The notes beneath the pieces were generated by a model. That model ran no database searches. It had not been told where the DNA came from and was given only the letters and a program-made list of their open reading frames with translations. A stretch of DNA of 62,346 bases, counting the filler, from Globobulimina sp. (lineage: Eukaryota), in NCBI GenBank assembly GCA_003354225.1. It is 16 parts of 16 records of this genome, joined end to end, with 100 filler letters (N's around TTAATTAATTAA, not from the genome) between each part and the next. Parts side by side here need not be neighbours in the genome. Positions count along the whole stretch, not along the records: positions 46,849 to 50,649 come from PIVH01002074.1; positions 50,750 to 54,549 come from PIVH01002075.1; positions 54,650 to 58,448 come from PIVH01002076.1; positions 58,549 to 62,346 come from PIVH01002077.1; 12 more parts are not named here. One strand, written 5' to 3'. This document shows positions 47,550 to 60,636 of the stretch, piece after piece. Position numbers and translations under genes: made by a program. Position 1 is the stretch's first letter. Every line of letters begins with the position of its first letter.

Positions 47550-50003
47550 ATGTCAATCAAAAAAAAAAGATATGGATTATTGACGTTTGCCCATGGCACT
47601 TTTTATGGTTTGCAGTTATTACAACACGAAGTTGATGCTAATTTTGTTTCAAATTCGAATAGAAGAATTGACCAAGGAATCACATATGATAACATACAAA
47701 GCGATGTCGATATTGATGCAGAAGATGGAGATATTAACATTGATAATAACCAGACAAATCCGAAGAATGCATGCAAAAAATGCACTTATTTATTAATTTG
47801 CGCCTACTGTCCATCATTCCGTCCATTCCTATTTTGCATTATCGGTTTGTTTCAAATTACGCCTCAAGCCATTATGCTATTTTATGGAAAAAGTGTCTAC
47901 AAACTCGCAATTATTTCATTAATTCCATATTTACTCACAACGCTAACAGCAATTTTCTATTACTTTAAGTTTTTATATTATTTTGCCTATGTACACGAGT
48001 ATAAATTCACCTTATTGGATGATATCAGCTTTGCCGAATTTCGCAGCAACGACACAATAACACAATATCAAGGAACGGTGCCGTTGGTTATCAAAAACAC
48101 GACTGACCATGAAATGGACCCAATTAATGATAACAAATCAGAGTCAGAGTCAGAGTCATATAAAAATTCAACTTTTATGCAAATAACAATAGTGAATGTT
48201 GATGCATATTCACACAAATTCTTTACAACATTGATATGTTTCATGGGGATGCTGTTGTTGGTTAACGTGAATGTAGGAATATTTACGTTTGTTGATGTAT
48301 TGGTATATCACCAGGATAACGACATGGTTGCTTCCGTTGTATTTATCGCGTTTGCGTATCCATTCATCGCTGGGAATATGATATTTATTGAGTTACAATT
48401 AATGAATGAGCTGCTGCATGATACAAAATTAGGATCCACGACGAATATTAATCAAAGTCATAAGTTGTTATCTTCAAATTCGTCATTCTTTTATTTATTC
48501 GGTTTTGTGTTGAACCATTTCCCGGTCTTATATTTCATGATAAAAACCGCAGCTTTCATGTCATGTTTCAGTGAGAGTTTATATTCTCAGTTAGGTGAAG
48601 AAAGGCGAAATAATTCATGGGCTGCTGATATATTTGCAATTGCTTCTTTGTGGATTATGCTTTTTGTATTTTGGTATGAACCACATTTCGTCAATGTAAT
48701 GTTGAATGGATATTATAATTTGTATCCGCCGATAAACAATCCAAACATCGAAAATGTGACTCCACCAAATAAACCATGTCCGAATCAAACATTGGAAAAA
48801 AGCAAAACTGTGTTGATTGCTATTGTTGAATTTTTTACTCCTTATTCCTGGATAATTGAATGCTGCCTAACTGCCATAAATGCGATTGGTTTGTTGTTGT
48901 ATTTTCTGATTTGGGATCGATTTATTTCCAGTACACCACAGTATGATTATAGCGGGGCAGGATTGCCATTCATAATCATCTCTGTGATACAAATAATAGT
49001 TATAATATATGCAATTTTTGGAGAGAAATGTTGTTATTCAATTGGCGATGAATATATTTGTAATCGATTCATGTGTTGCAAACGTGAGATTTGTTGTGCC
49101 TGTGATTGTTTTTTTAAATGTCGGAAATGTTGCAATTGTGCTCCAGAATATTGGTATTGTTGGTGTTGTTGCTGCGGCTGTTGCTTTTGTTGCAGTCCGT
49201 TATTAACTTTGTCGCCTGATTATAAATTTAGATTTTTAACGTTTCTGGAATCACTCTCCTTAGTTTTGAAGCTATTGCATTATTATAACTATAGCACTTT
49301 AAATAACAGTTGGTATGATATTGGATTTATGATATTAATATTTTTGTCATTGATTACATTGTTTTTGATGGGCTTTGCCGGTGCCTTCCGAAGTGTGCAT
49401 GGCTTGGAAATACAATCAATTATGAAGTCACCGGCGTTGTTCACTTTGTGTTATTTGTTGGGATTTGCATGGACACAATTTGTGGTGTACGGTAACTTCA
49501 TATTTACGATGACTTATAAAGATATTGAAAGATTGAACAATAATAATAAAGATTATCTATCGTTGATTTTTATGGTGTTTATATGGTTGGTTGTATCAAA
49601 TTTGTATACAAAAGAATACAGAGCTTTCACCAAACAGATTGAAAGAGATTGGTTTAAATATAAAGACATTCCATTGATTGGATGGGATAGACAGCATTCG
49701 TTACCACCAATGATTGGGAATCTTTTTCATTTTTTGCAACTTATGATTGTGTTTGCTGCGATTGTCGTTGTTTATTATGTTATAGAATTATCAAATATTG
49801 ATAAAAATAATCCCAACTGGAAGTTTGAGAAAAATCTGGCTACTACGAATTTGGTGCTTACATTTATTATATTAATTATTTCAATCATAGCCGTGTGGTC
49901 AATGAGTTTGGCACCAGAAACATTGAAAAAAATGCACCAAACCAAAATTAAAAAACAACCAACAATGATACTAAGAGGACCTACAATATATCACGATTTG
50001 TAA
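47550..50003 (+). CDS. Large polytopic membrane protein with a Cys-rich loop, unknown family
   Basis: 817 codons, more than 10 hydrophobic segments, and a CC-rich tract at about 49030-49195. Confidence 0.7.
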   Translation: MSIKKKRYGLLTFAHGTFYGLQLLQHEVDANFVSNSNRRIDQGITYDNIQSDVDIDAEDGDINIDNNQTNPKNACKKCTYLLICAYCPSFRPFLFCIIGLFQITPQAIMLFYGKSVYKLAIISLIPYLLTTLTAIFYYFKFLYYFAYVHEYKFTLLDDISFAEFRSNDTITQYQGTVPLVIKNTTDHEMDPINDNKSESESESYKNSTFMQITIVNVDAYSHKFFTTLICFMGMLLLVNVNVGIFTFVDVLVYHQDNDMVASVVFIAFAYPFIAGNMIFIELQLMNELLHDTKLGSTTNINQSHKLLSSNSSFFYLFGFVLNHFPVLYFMIKTAAFMSCFSESLYSQLGEERRNNSWAADIFAIASLWIMLFVFWYEPHFVNVMLNGYYNLYPPINNPNIENVTPPNKPCPNQTLEKSKTVLIAIVEFFTPYSWIIECCLTAINAIGLLLYFLIWDRFISSTPQYDYSGAGLPFIIISVIQIIVIIYAIFGEKCCYSIGDEYICNRFMCCKREICCACDCFFKCRKCCNCAPEYWYCWCCCCGCCFCCSPLLTLSPDYKFRFLTFLESLSLVLKLLHYYNYSTLNNSWYDIGFMILIFLSLITLFLMGFAGAFRSVHGLEIQSIMKSPALFTLCYLLGFAWTQFVVYGNFIFTMTYKDIERLNNNNKDYLSLIFMVFIWLVVSNLYTKEYRAFTKQIERDWFKYKDIPLIGWDRQHSLPPMIGNLFHFLQLMIVFAAIVVVYYVIELSNIDKNNPNWKFEKNLATTNLVLTFIILIISIIAVWSMSLAPETLKKMHQTKIKKQPTMILRGPTIYHDL

Positions 50004-50959
50004 TCAAAATATGTTTGTAAATTAATATGTTACAGTACTTGTTTACTCTAAGATTAGTCTGATGATGATAATATGTCACTTGTTTATTTAGGTGCTTGTC
50101 TTATGATGATAATGTTTTGAAGATATGATGTTTTGAAGAGTAAAGGAGTTGAAGAAGATTTCTCATATTGTAACAAATTGCAACAGTGTAGGACCTAGGG
50201 TTCAATTTTAATTACTTTAGAATAGGACCTGTTTGAAACACAGCGTTTTAGAAAAAATTTAAAACCTATGGAGAGGTCATCACCAGCTCCCAACAAAACG
50301 ACTTGCGAATTTTCAATTAATTGACAGGTTTCGCAATGATAAAAGCCTATTTTTGCTCTTTTCCTTTGTAATCGATAAACATCATTTGAGTCAAACATGA
50401 ATGTTTTCAGAGCAGACTAGCTAGAATTAAGCAGCTTAAATGTCGTTTTTTGGTGTCAAATATAGGTTCATGTAAAATATACGTTCAGTAATGGACCACC
50501 GCGTGTTAACTCATTTTTGGGTACACCAAATTTTGCCTATCAAAAAAGCAATCCTCAGCTCTACTGTGTTTAGATACAAAAGCAGTGGCCAAACAGTAAA
50601 TATACTGTTTGGCAAACAGTGTATTTACTGTTTGGTCCTGTTTTTTTATNNNNNNNNNNNNNNNNNNNNNNNNNNNNNNNNNNNNNNNNNNNNTTAATTA
50701 ATTAANNNNNNNNNNNNNNNNNNNNNNNNNNNNNNNNNNNNNNNNNNNNGCCGACAAAATGACTTGGTTGGTCTCTATCTAGCTCATGTCTTTTTCGTAC
50801 TTTTGAGGGTCCGTCCTCATTCTGGGCCGGCCACTCAAAAGGTACGAAAACGTCCGTCGCGCCTGATTACCTGCAACCATAGTGGTAGTTCAGGATAGTT
50901 TCACATGGCGAGAGAGAGCGAGAAGATAGACTACGTAGAATAGTAGGTAGGGTGAGAGA

Positions 50960-52060
50960 CATATTTACAACGCGTAAATGGCTCAGTGATTGAAATAACT
51001 GCTCAAACATAAATAATATATGCTTTATACCCAAAAACTTAATATTTTTGATCAGAGCAACATTTGAGATTGGAAACCATGTTAAACACCAATGAATAAT
51101 ACCAGTTATAACAAATATACATTCAATCAATAAATGTATATTTGTCATATCAGTATATTGATAGGTAAACATAGTAAACACCGTATCATCCAATAAGGCA
51201 ACACAAGCAATGGAAGAGGTCAATCCTAACCAGCCATAATTACCGGAGATATTTATAGTTATCAACAATGCACAGAAACAGATGAATGCTACAATGCGAC
51301 AGTTTAATGGACAGAGACAAAAGAAACAAATTGGATGTTCCACCACCAATGTCATGAAACAGGTGAAGTTATGGAAGCACACAGGCAAATTATGGAAAAA
51401 ATAGGACAGATAATTGGGTAAAGGCTGCGTGAAATAGTGCACTGAGAGTGCGGTTAAGTGTTTCCATTTTGGACTCCCGTTCCATTTAACAATGCCGGCG
51501 GATAACATCATGCGAGCGACGAACCAACGGAATAATAATATGCCTAAATACGGAAAGGAGCAGCCAAGCATCAGTAAGCAATTTATTTCATTCATCATAG
51601 GCTCCATTTGCAGAATAAAGGGACCTAAGTTAATCATTAAGGATTCTGATAGTAACAGGATAATGAACCAATAAAATATACGAATGAGAAATAATATATT
51701 AAATGCATAATAAGTTATGAGTGGATAATCCAAAAATATTAACAATGAGATTAGCATTCCAAATCTACACAGATATAATAAGGAGGTGTCGCTATCAATG
51801 AATAATGAGATGGTTGGATTGTGGAAAAATAAATAAATGTAATTTAGTTTATTTTTCTTGATATCTTTTTTATATCTTTGTTTTCTGTATTGGATGGTGC
51901 CTGATATTGGATATAAACCAGATTTTCCAACTAAACCAATAATTTGTTGACCAAAACTCAGAAATATACAAAAATTAATCAATGCCAAGCCTTTTTCGAT
52001 GATGAACCATGTTGTATCAATTGGTGGGAGTGATAAAAAAGTTGCCAATAAGGAAAGCAT
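50960..52060 (-). CDS. Lipase maturation factor family protein, 3'-truncated at a junction
   Basis: QIIGLVGKSGLYP, LFRW...R.M..AG.VK...W..LTAL..HY.TQPLP, ISGNYGWL. Similarity ends at LRVVN. Confidence 0.88.
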
Positions 52061-52343
52061 GGTTCTTTGCTTGGACTATAAAGTTTTTTGCGTTTTTTTT
52101 AGAAATAAAAATATCATTAAAATCGTCGAATATGTTTTTGTACGTATTGATTTGATAAAATTCTAATCTAAAAAATATATTTAGGAACGAATTTTATTTT
52201 ATTTTGGAATAAAAATGTTATGACAAGGAAAAAAATGTTATGACAAAGAAAAAAAGTCATTACAAATCCTTTGTCATAACCAACAAACATTTGGAAACCC
52301 TGCAAAACCAAACAAAAAACCAAAAAGATACAGAAAAAATCAC

Positions 52344-54549
52344 TTAAATACAAGCATCACCTTCACATATTGTCGCATTTAGACAATAACCAAACTGTTG
52401 TCCGCGGCTATCATTATTATTGCAGAAACAATCAAATATTTCCGGTTTCTTCGCTAATTTATTTGGACAATTATGATATACTTCGCATATCACCGACGGC
52501 ATAACATGGCAAAGCAATAGCGACGACTCTTTACAATTTGTATACTGTATACTTCCACCATGCTGATCCACCTTCGATACCAAATCCCTTCTCGGCAACA
52601 ATGCGCGCGATGTTTTATCCAATGCTTCCAAACCAAACCCAAACTTTGCACTCGAATACAATACGCCGGGACTACACACACCAAACGAAGTAATGGCAGA
52701 ATCATAACCGTCCTCAAATAAATTCGCAGCAACGATATGTGCGATGCCGCCACCAAGCGAATGACCCACGACATATAAATGTGATGTAGTTGTATTTTCT
52801 AAATAATTTGCTAAATAATGATAGATTGGCTCATCAAACCCATCCCTCACATCAGCATTGATCAATTGTTCCGTCAATGACGCATAATATATCATTGAAG
52901 TGATAAACGAGGTTGGCAATGCATTCAAAAACGGAACTAACCATTGTAATCCTTCAAATAAACCAATTTCAACAAATAAGGAAATATCCTGCAGCGCTTC
53001 TTGCAAACCTGCAGTGCCTCGAATTGATAGATAATCAATATCGACATTCTTATGTTGTATATGAAAGTAAAACGGTACCTGATATGAAGTGGATATTATC
53101 TCATATTCACCATCAAAATATGTATTTACAATTTCTGTAATATTAAAATTATCCATTTCGTACACAATTTGTGACAAAAATAAAACATCCAACACAGATA
53201 AATCTGAATCTTTATGCGAATTTAAGTTGGAGTCTGCTCCGAAATATTCTGAACATATCGGATAATGTTGTATTACACTGTTATTTCCCGTCGATTCAGC
53301 CAATATTGTATGGGTATTTGCGTCTGCATTTATGCCAAACTGTGATGCAAAAAAGAATAATATACCAATTAACGCGGCGGAGAAAAAAATCAAACATATA
53401 TTACATGTGTTATCCATTAAATATGTGCAACATTTGCCACATTTGCCTTTGGTTGATTTTTTTTTAAAACACTTACACTCCAAACAAGGCTTAATCCATT
53501 GCAGTCCGCTAAGTATATTGGTTGCGCTTAAATTAGTTTCCATGTCATATTCGTCAAATGGTCGATAGACGTTTAACCAGTAATTTTTATAATTACTCCA
53601 AAATAATTTGATTTTTAAATACCAATATTTGCAGCCACATCTTCTTTTTATTTTGCTGCCGTCGTTGTTTGTTGGTTCTTTGTATACATATTTGAATTTT
53701 CTATATCTGTTTAATAAAGCAGTGACCCGTTCCTCTGCGAAATTTTTCTGTGATTTTGTTACCGTTAATGTTGATACATTTGGGACATAGGCTGAGACGC
53801 CGGTTGCCACTGATAGTGTATCAATATCATATGTGCTTAATTTATGCTGTGGTTTCGGACTTGACTTTGCTCCATCATCCGTTTTATCTGAATTGATTCT
53901 TGCCAATTCTAAATTTGTTTTACTAGTTCTAATACTTTGGGAATCAATATTGCTTAATTTCAATGTCTGGTCTAAATGACCAGCGTGCTCTAAATGTTCA
54001 CTAACTTGTAAGTGAGCAAAAAAGTTTTTTCCTAAGTAAACAATGACGCAGACACAAAATGAATAATAACACACATATTACAGTCTGCACATACCTGGCG
54101 GAGGTATAGTGTCTGTCCATAATGCAATCAATCCCATTGGCTTGCAAGACATAAACAGATTGGTAAAATAATATGCAATCCATATGATCGCAATAAATAC
54201 AGCAAATCCAGCAGCATCACTGCCTAAATAATCTAAATATAACCCAAACGCCATAAATGCAATAAATAACATTATCGACGATACCATTGTGAGTACTTTA
54301 CAATTTCTCCACGCTTTATTTTTTTTTTCATGATCTTTTGCATCGATTAAACAAAAAAATTTAATGCGTGATATGTGTGGATGCAATAATGTCCAGCTTA
54401 TCATTCTGCTCATAAAGCATAGAATAAATGCAAACAGCAAATATATTAAACTCCATATAAATCCTCCAATTATGCAATACCTCATCACCAACTGCCAAAA
54501 GAATCCATTAATTGCCAGTTCAACATTGATAGTATAGGACGCAAAACAT
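52344..54549 (-). CDS. Membrane-anchored class 3 lipase, 5'-truncated; intron 54032..54094
   Basis: N-terminal TM helices, SIRGT, VVGHSLGGG nucleophile elbow, SPG, DLVSKVD and a C-terminal His. A 63-bp intron joins the ORFs in frame. Confidence 0.85.
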
Positions 54550-55505
54550 NNNNNNNNNNNNNNNNNNNNNNNNNNNNNNNNNNNNNNNNNNNNTTAATTA
54601 ATTAANNNNNNNNNNNNNNNNNNNNNNNNNNNNNNNNNNNNNNNNNNNNATATGATACTTCAGAACCATACTACAACAATTACATGCGTTAAATGAATTG
54701 TTCTGGTGCACAAGACTGCCATTGAGTCATCTAAACTTTAAGGTTTTAGATTACATTCCTGAGCATCTAAAACATCAAAGAATACAATTTGTCAACAAAT
54801 ATTGTAATAATATAAATTCATATCTACGAATGCATCATGAATGGAAATAGTTTATTGCACCCAATCTATAATAATAATATATTAATTTTATTTATTTTTC
54901 TATTTAATTTCAGAGCTGTTTGACAGAGTTTTTTAAAAATCAGTACTTATCGGAGAGGCCTAATGTGCAAGCAAAAAATATAATTAATTGTGGTTGTAAT
55001 CAAATAAAAGATATTGAAATGAAGCAACTAGAGACAGAAAGGAAATAAATAAACTAAAGAATACTAACAATATGAAAATAAATAAATAAACTAGTGCAAT
55101 GGAGATATTTCGAAGCAGAATCTATAAGTCTGTCTAGTGTTTATTTCTAGAAAACCTTAAACTTCATGGCAGCATTTGAAAGCCATGTGCACCAGCAAAA
55201 GATCTAAACTTTATTATGGCGGTGTTCTATGATGATAAACTATCTGTTTATGACTAATTCTTTGACCAGGTCAATAATGAGAACTGTTTTTAATTGTCGC
55301 ACTGTTGTATACTATTGTATACTATTGTTTACAGAAACGTTTCATTACGAACGAGACGTATGAATTCGTTCATGGAAAATTGTTTGGTTTGTAGAGTTTA
55401 CACATCACTACATCGACGGCCAGCACAGACTGTTGATTGACACGGTTAGTGAACATGTGGAAAGATAGAAGGATTATCAAAGCAAAAATAAAATTTCAGA
55501 TTCGG

Positions 55506-56204
55506 TTAAAAATGTACTCTGCATTGAATACCCATTCTATGATTTTGTAACATTTCAAATTTATGTGCCAATGGAAGAGGACAAGATGAGATATGATCAA
55601 TGTTGAGCACAGAATGAAGAATGGCTGCTTTGGTCGAAGCATTGAAAAGCAACAAATCACCAGATTTAAATTGGAACACTTTCTTCATTTTCATTTTGGG
55701 TCCCTTTACCATAAAATTGGCAGTGCAGCCAATGCTCAATAAATATACCCAACTATTGCTATGATCAATGTGCGCAGGGAAATGACCGTTTGGGACTGAG
55801 TATTTTATGGCTGCCATCGAGATCGATTTATATTTGTTCAATTCCACACCGATTGTATCATAATTTCTGTTGATTATATCGTTTGCTTTATTGATCAATT
55901 GATTGTAGACAGAGTTGTGCAGTGATGAATATTTTAGGCTCACTTCATTCTCTGCAAATACAAGTGTTTTGGGCGATGGATACATTGCTTTTGGCGCATT
56001 CTTTGGGGTTTTATCTTTGCTTTCAAGATCTGCAAATAATGTGATTTGCTCATTCATATTCAATGCATTTCGGAGTAGTAAACACTGTTTGTCCATGACT
56101 TCTATTTGGATTCCGGTCGTGTCATAATCAACATCCTTGATCAATATTGGATACATTAGTGCTTCGAATATTTGAATCAATTCATTGATGTGTATCAGTG
56201 CCAT
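55506..56204 (-). CDS. AlkB-like 2OG-Fe(II) dioxygenase
   Basis: HID (HxD), LSIG, GDLLLF, HSV and RMGIQCR (RxxxxxR). Confidence 0.85.
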   Translation of the reverse strand: MALIHINELIQIFEALMYPILIKDVDYDTTGIQIEVMDKQCLLLRNALNMNEQITLFADLESKDKTPKNAPKAMYPSPKTLVFAENEVSLKYSSLHNSVYNQLINKANDIINRNYDTIGVELNKYKSISMAAIKYSVPNGHFPAHIDHSNSWVYLLSIGCTANFMVKGPKMKMKKVFQFKSGDLLLFNASTKAAILHSVLNIDHISSCPLPLAHKFEMLQNHRMGIQCRVHF

Positions 56205-56466
56205 GCTTTATTTACCTCAGTTTTTGTCTTTAATTCACAAAATCCCTCACAGGGTTGTTCAAGCAATCTGTGAGTCTGGAATCGGACTTACGTCCCGATT
56301 GGATTTCGTACCATTACTACTTTGATTTTGATATGGAGAAGTGTGAGAACAAGATAACTTTCGAGAAGAGAACTAAATAAATATAAATAAATAAATAAAT
56401 ATATAATAAATGATATGATTCGAAATATTAAATTTTGATTGCAGTTAATAATTGAATATAATATCA

Positions 56467-58448
56467 TCATTTATCGGATATTGATAATAACGGAGTGATC
56501 TCTGAATTTAATAATTTTCTAATATTATTTTGTGATACGTGTTTATTTAAATAATGTTTTAAAACCACCATAATTGAAAAAAAAACTGAAATTGCAATTG
56601 CTACAATTATTAATTGTTGATTATCCTCATTTGTTCCTTTTGAATGAATATTGCAATCATCCACAATATCGACATATGATTGGAATATATCATTCCATGA
56701 AACATCTTTTGTCTCATTCTCAAGTGAATATTTTTCCAATTCATTCCATGACACATGATATGATTTCTTTGTATTACAATCATAACTTTCAATCTGTGCC
56801 AATGCGCCTTGTTTGCTTGGTATTGTTTTATATATTTGATATTTTACATACTGTTCAATATTTTCATCGCTATATAATAGACTCATTAATCCCTCCACCA
56901 CTCGCGGATAGAACTTGGCCATGTTACATGCCTCGATCTTATCATCTTTTATCTTAAATAACATAATCTCGGCATAACTAAAATCATCAAAAGTATCCGT
57001 ACCATCGATATACTGATCATAACATAGCGATTCATACAATATCCCATTTATATCATCTCCAAATACTAAATCTTTATATAACCCTTTTGGTGGATGTACT
57101 GTGAACTCATTATCATAATTTACCCAATATTTATAAGCCAAATTGCCATCCATTCGCATTGATGCATTGACAGTCAACTTCCATTTATCAGTGCGGATAT
57201 ATGATGGACCAAAACCTTGCTCCTTATCAGCTGCCTCATTCATTGCGAAATGCATTATACTTTTTCTTTTGATCATGTCTGTTTCTTCTGTTTCTGTCCC
57301 ACTTTTACAAATCGAGGGCCATAAATTTATGCCATCGATATCATTATCATCGGCATGCTTTATACCAGCAATATATTTAATCATTACATACCAATCAGAA
57401 ATATGTACCATATCATCATATGTATCACCTGTATTCTTGCAACTTCTTTCTACAAATCCACCCGCAATGAGTGCTGGAGTCCGGATGCCACCTTCAAAAG
57501 TCGACCCTTTTGCGCCTCGTAAAGGCAATGTCTGTCCAAATCCTTTAGTGCCCCAATTCGTGTTTGGACCATTATCACTCAAGAAAATAATGATTGTATT
57601 CTCATATAAATGCTGTTGCTTTAAATGATCAACAATTTTACCAATCATTTCATCCCCATATAACAAGGCATTACAAAATATTTTCCTTTCATTATCAATA
57701 CATTCATCATATAATTTTGGTGGATATTCGAGAGGCCAATGTGGTGTCTACAAGTTTTAATGTTTGATATATTCATTTTATAGCAAACAAAACAGAAAAA
57801 AAAAGTAAACTAACTTGCATTGCATAATACAGGAAAAAAGGGTTTTTATTGTTGTTTTGATTGGTTTCATTGATATATTTCATGATATTATGAGTGTATA
57901 ATTTTTCAGAATACATCTGATTTTCAACAATATTGCCTTGTCCATCCCATAGATCGTAAGAACAAAAGCCATCAATAAATTTGCTCATTAATAATGTCCG
58001 TAGATTAGGATCAATGGGAATGCCTTTGAGAGCCCAAAACCATCGATAACACTCCTTATGCGCGCTATATTCGATAGCACCGGATTCGAAGAATAAGGTT
58101 GTGTCAAAACCACGAGTAAAAGGTAGATAGTCTTTGGATGAATAGCCTAAATGCCATTTTCCAAACATTGCAGTGTGATAATTATTCGACTGCAATATTT
58201 CAGATATAAATGGTATATCTTCATTTGTATGTTGTAAGGTCAATGGTTTTACTATTTGAACTACACCGGTTCTCCAGGCATATCGCCCTGTTAATAGTGA
58301 GGATCTTGATGCTGAACATAATGTGTTGGAATAATGGTAATTTAGTTTAATACCCGTTTGCATCAAATTATTAAGTGATTTCATCGGATAAACTCCACCG
58401 TTTATGGATGTATCGCTGAATCCTAAATCATCCATCATTATTAACACA
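56467..58448 (-). CDS. Arylsulfatase (ARSB-like), 5'-truncated; intron 57748..57814
   Basis: MMDDLG, CSASRSSLLTGRY, GKWHLG, RGFD, PFFLY...Q/TPHWP across the intron, SDNG, PLRGAKGSTFEGGIR, HISDW. Confidence 0.93.
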
Positions 58449-58548
58449 NNNNNNNNNNNNNNNNNNNNNNNNNNNNNNNNNNNNNNNNNNNNTTAATTAA
58501 TTAANNNNNNNNNNNNNNNNNNNNNNNNNNNNNNNNNNNNNNNNNNNN

Positions 58549-60464
58549 CAAGCACAAATACAAGAACTGGAACACGTGCAATCAGTGCAATGTGATGAAA
58601 AAGAAGCATGTTATGGTGGAGTTATTACCTGCCCAATAAATGGTGATTGTGGCATATTGTGTAGCGGTGGTGAAGCATGTCGAGATACAACAATAAATGC
58701 AACCTTTTCATCTGGCAATTTCAATTTAAAATGTCTCGAATCTGTAGATCATTGCAAAGGCATTAAAATACATGGAAGCATTATAAGCAATAACAACAAT
58801 TATGATTTTAACGTATCCTGCGATGGTAAAAGAAGAGCATGTACTCATTCACAAATTGAATGTGCGTCACATAGTAATTGTTTTATTTCATGCGAATCAG
58901 ATGAAAGTTGTAGATGGTCAAAAGTGGCTGGACCAACAAATGGTGATTTAACTGTAAACTGCGACGACGAAAAAGCATGCTTTGATGCTATATTTAATGC
59001 GTCCAAATCATCCAAATTAAATATCAACGGGTGTACAGCGGATAAATCATGTCTTGATTTAACATTTTATTGTCCACCAAATACAAATGGGCATAAAAAC
59101 TGTTTCATTCAAGGTTTGTCATTAATTTTAATTATATATCCGTTTTTGGTCCGTTTGCTTTGTAGAAATTGTGTTGCAATTTGCATTGAAAAGGCAACAA
59201 TAACATTGGCCGTGACAATGCAGCCGGCACTCTGATATACGCCATCAATGGATGGGACGATGTAGAAATTGATTATTATGGTACTTTCAGCACATTTCAC
59301 GATGGAAAAATGTTTTGTGGCGACCATTATCAAACTTCATGTAATATTGTAAAAGATGCGTGGTCATGCAATCCCAGTTATAATTATGAAGAGGAATTGG
59401 AGGATGACGAGCTTAGTGATTGCAATTCGAATACAGCACATTTTGAAGATGATGAAATCAATGCATCCACTATTCCAACACAGCAGCCTTCAACATCGAA
59501 TTTAGAAACAATATCACCATCAATATACCCAACAATATACCCATCAAAATACCCATCAAAATACCCAACAATATATCCAACAATGCAGCCAATTACCAAA
59601 TCGCCAACCATTACACCAACTTATTACCGCATCATCCACGAAATGCATAGTACAGATCCATCATTTATCACTATGTCACATGACTCAAATGTGGATAACA
59701 CAATTTCGTGGACAATGGAACTGTTGCTAGGTTTTGGCGTGTTTGTATGTGTCATGTTGTTTATGCTCGGAATGTATTGTTGCTGTGTTCGAAACAAAAA
59801 AAAACTGAAACCAGATACTCAGTCAAAGTCAGAGTCCTCACAGACTGCGACCCTGTCTTCTACACCAAAGCCAGCCGCAAAACCAGCAAAAAGCAAATGT
59901 CTGCTGGATTATAAACCCATTGATATTGAGTTTGCTGATGATATGAAATTGAACGCTCGACCAATCGAAACGACTCAAAAGAGCTCAATTCGGAGTATAG
60001 AAGGGATGCTAGATCCATATTCACCGCACGCCAATGCCATAAAATCAAGGCGGTCCTCATCACCGTCACCACCAAATTCCAGTCATATTATCCATTCAGA
60101 TACGGATGAAAGTAGTAATTTTCTGCAAATGGAGTTGAAATTACGTGGGGCGATACATAAAAAAATGGCAATCTGCAGAAAAGTATCGAATTATTCGAAT
60201 ATTACAAATTTCTCCAATGCGTGCACGGCTTCATCGGATGATGACATTGATAAAAATATTTTATTTTTGGATCGACAGCCACAGAGTGTGCGCATTCAAA
60301 TGCATCGGGGAAATATTAATAGGAAAAATACAGTTTCTCAAAGCAGTGAGACTTCTGTGAGTATACAAACAAACAGTGACGAAACCTCTGTCGGTTCAAA
60401 GTCTGACGATATGTTTGTATCTCCAATAAAACCTCGTGTCTCAAGAGTGACTTTCATAGTGTGA
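58549..60464 (+). CDS. Cys-rich type I surface protein with PT/PS repeats; join(<58549..59113,59194..60464)
   Basis: Repeated C.....AC....I.C units, a YPT/YPS stalk, one TM helix and a Ser-rich tail. An 80-bp intron restores the frame. Confidence 0.75.
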
Positions 60465-60636
60465 ATGGTTGCTGTTTGCATCGTTTTTTCGTAATTCTTT
60501 TTTCATAAATACTGTGTGTTTTACATATATATATATTCAGTTGTAGTTTTTCGGAATTTTTGTTAATTTTTCCTGTCTTTTTAGATACTTGTTAGTCAGT
60601 GAGGCTTAAGGTTTTTTACTTGAAAATAAACATAGA

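Noticed and set aside
50750-50959. Hammerhead ribozyme or group II intron domain V
   Set aside because: I found no CUGANGA...GAAA core in the right arrangement and no domain V consensus on either strand by eye.
52211-52250. 20-bp tandem near-duplication between the lipase and LMF genes
   Set aside because: Ordinary slippage in an A-rich intergenic region.
54650-55500. Long ORF-free stretch as an ncRNA or element (also 42948..43500 and 50010..50649)
   Set aside because: It is AT-rich with no recognisable tRNA/rRNA motif, repeat or strong hairpin, so nothing can be supported.
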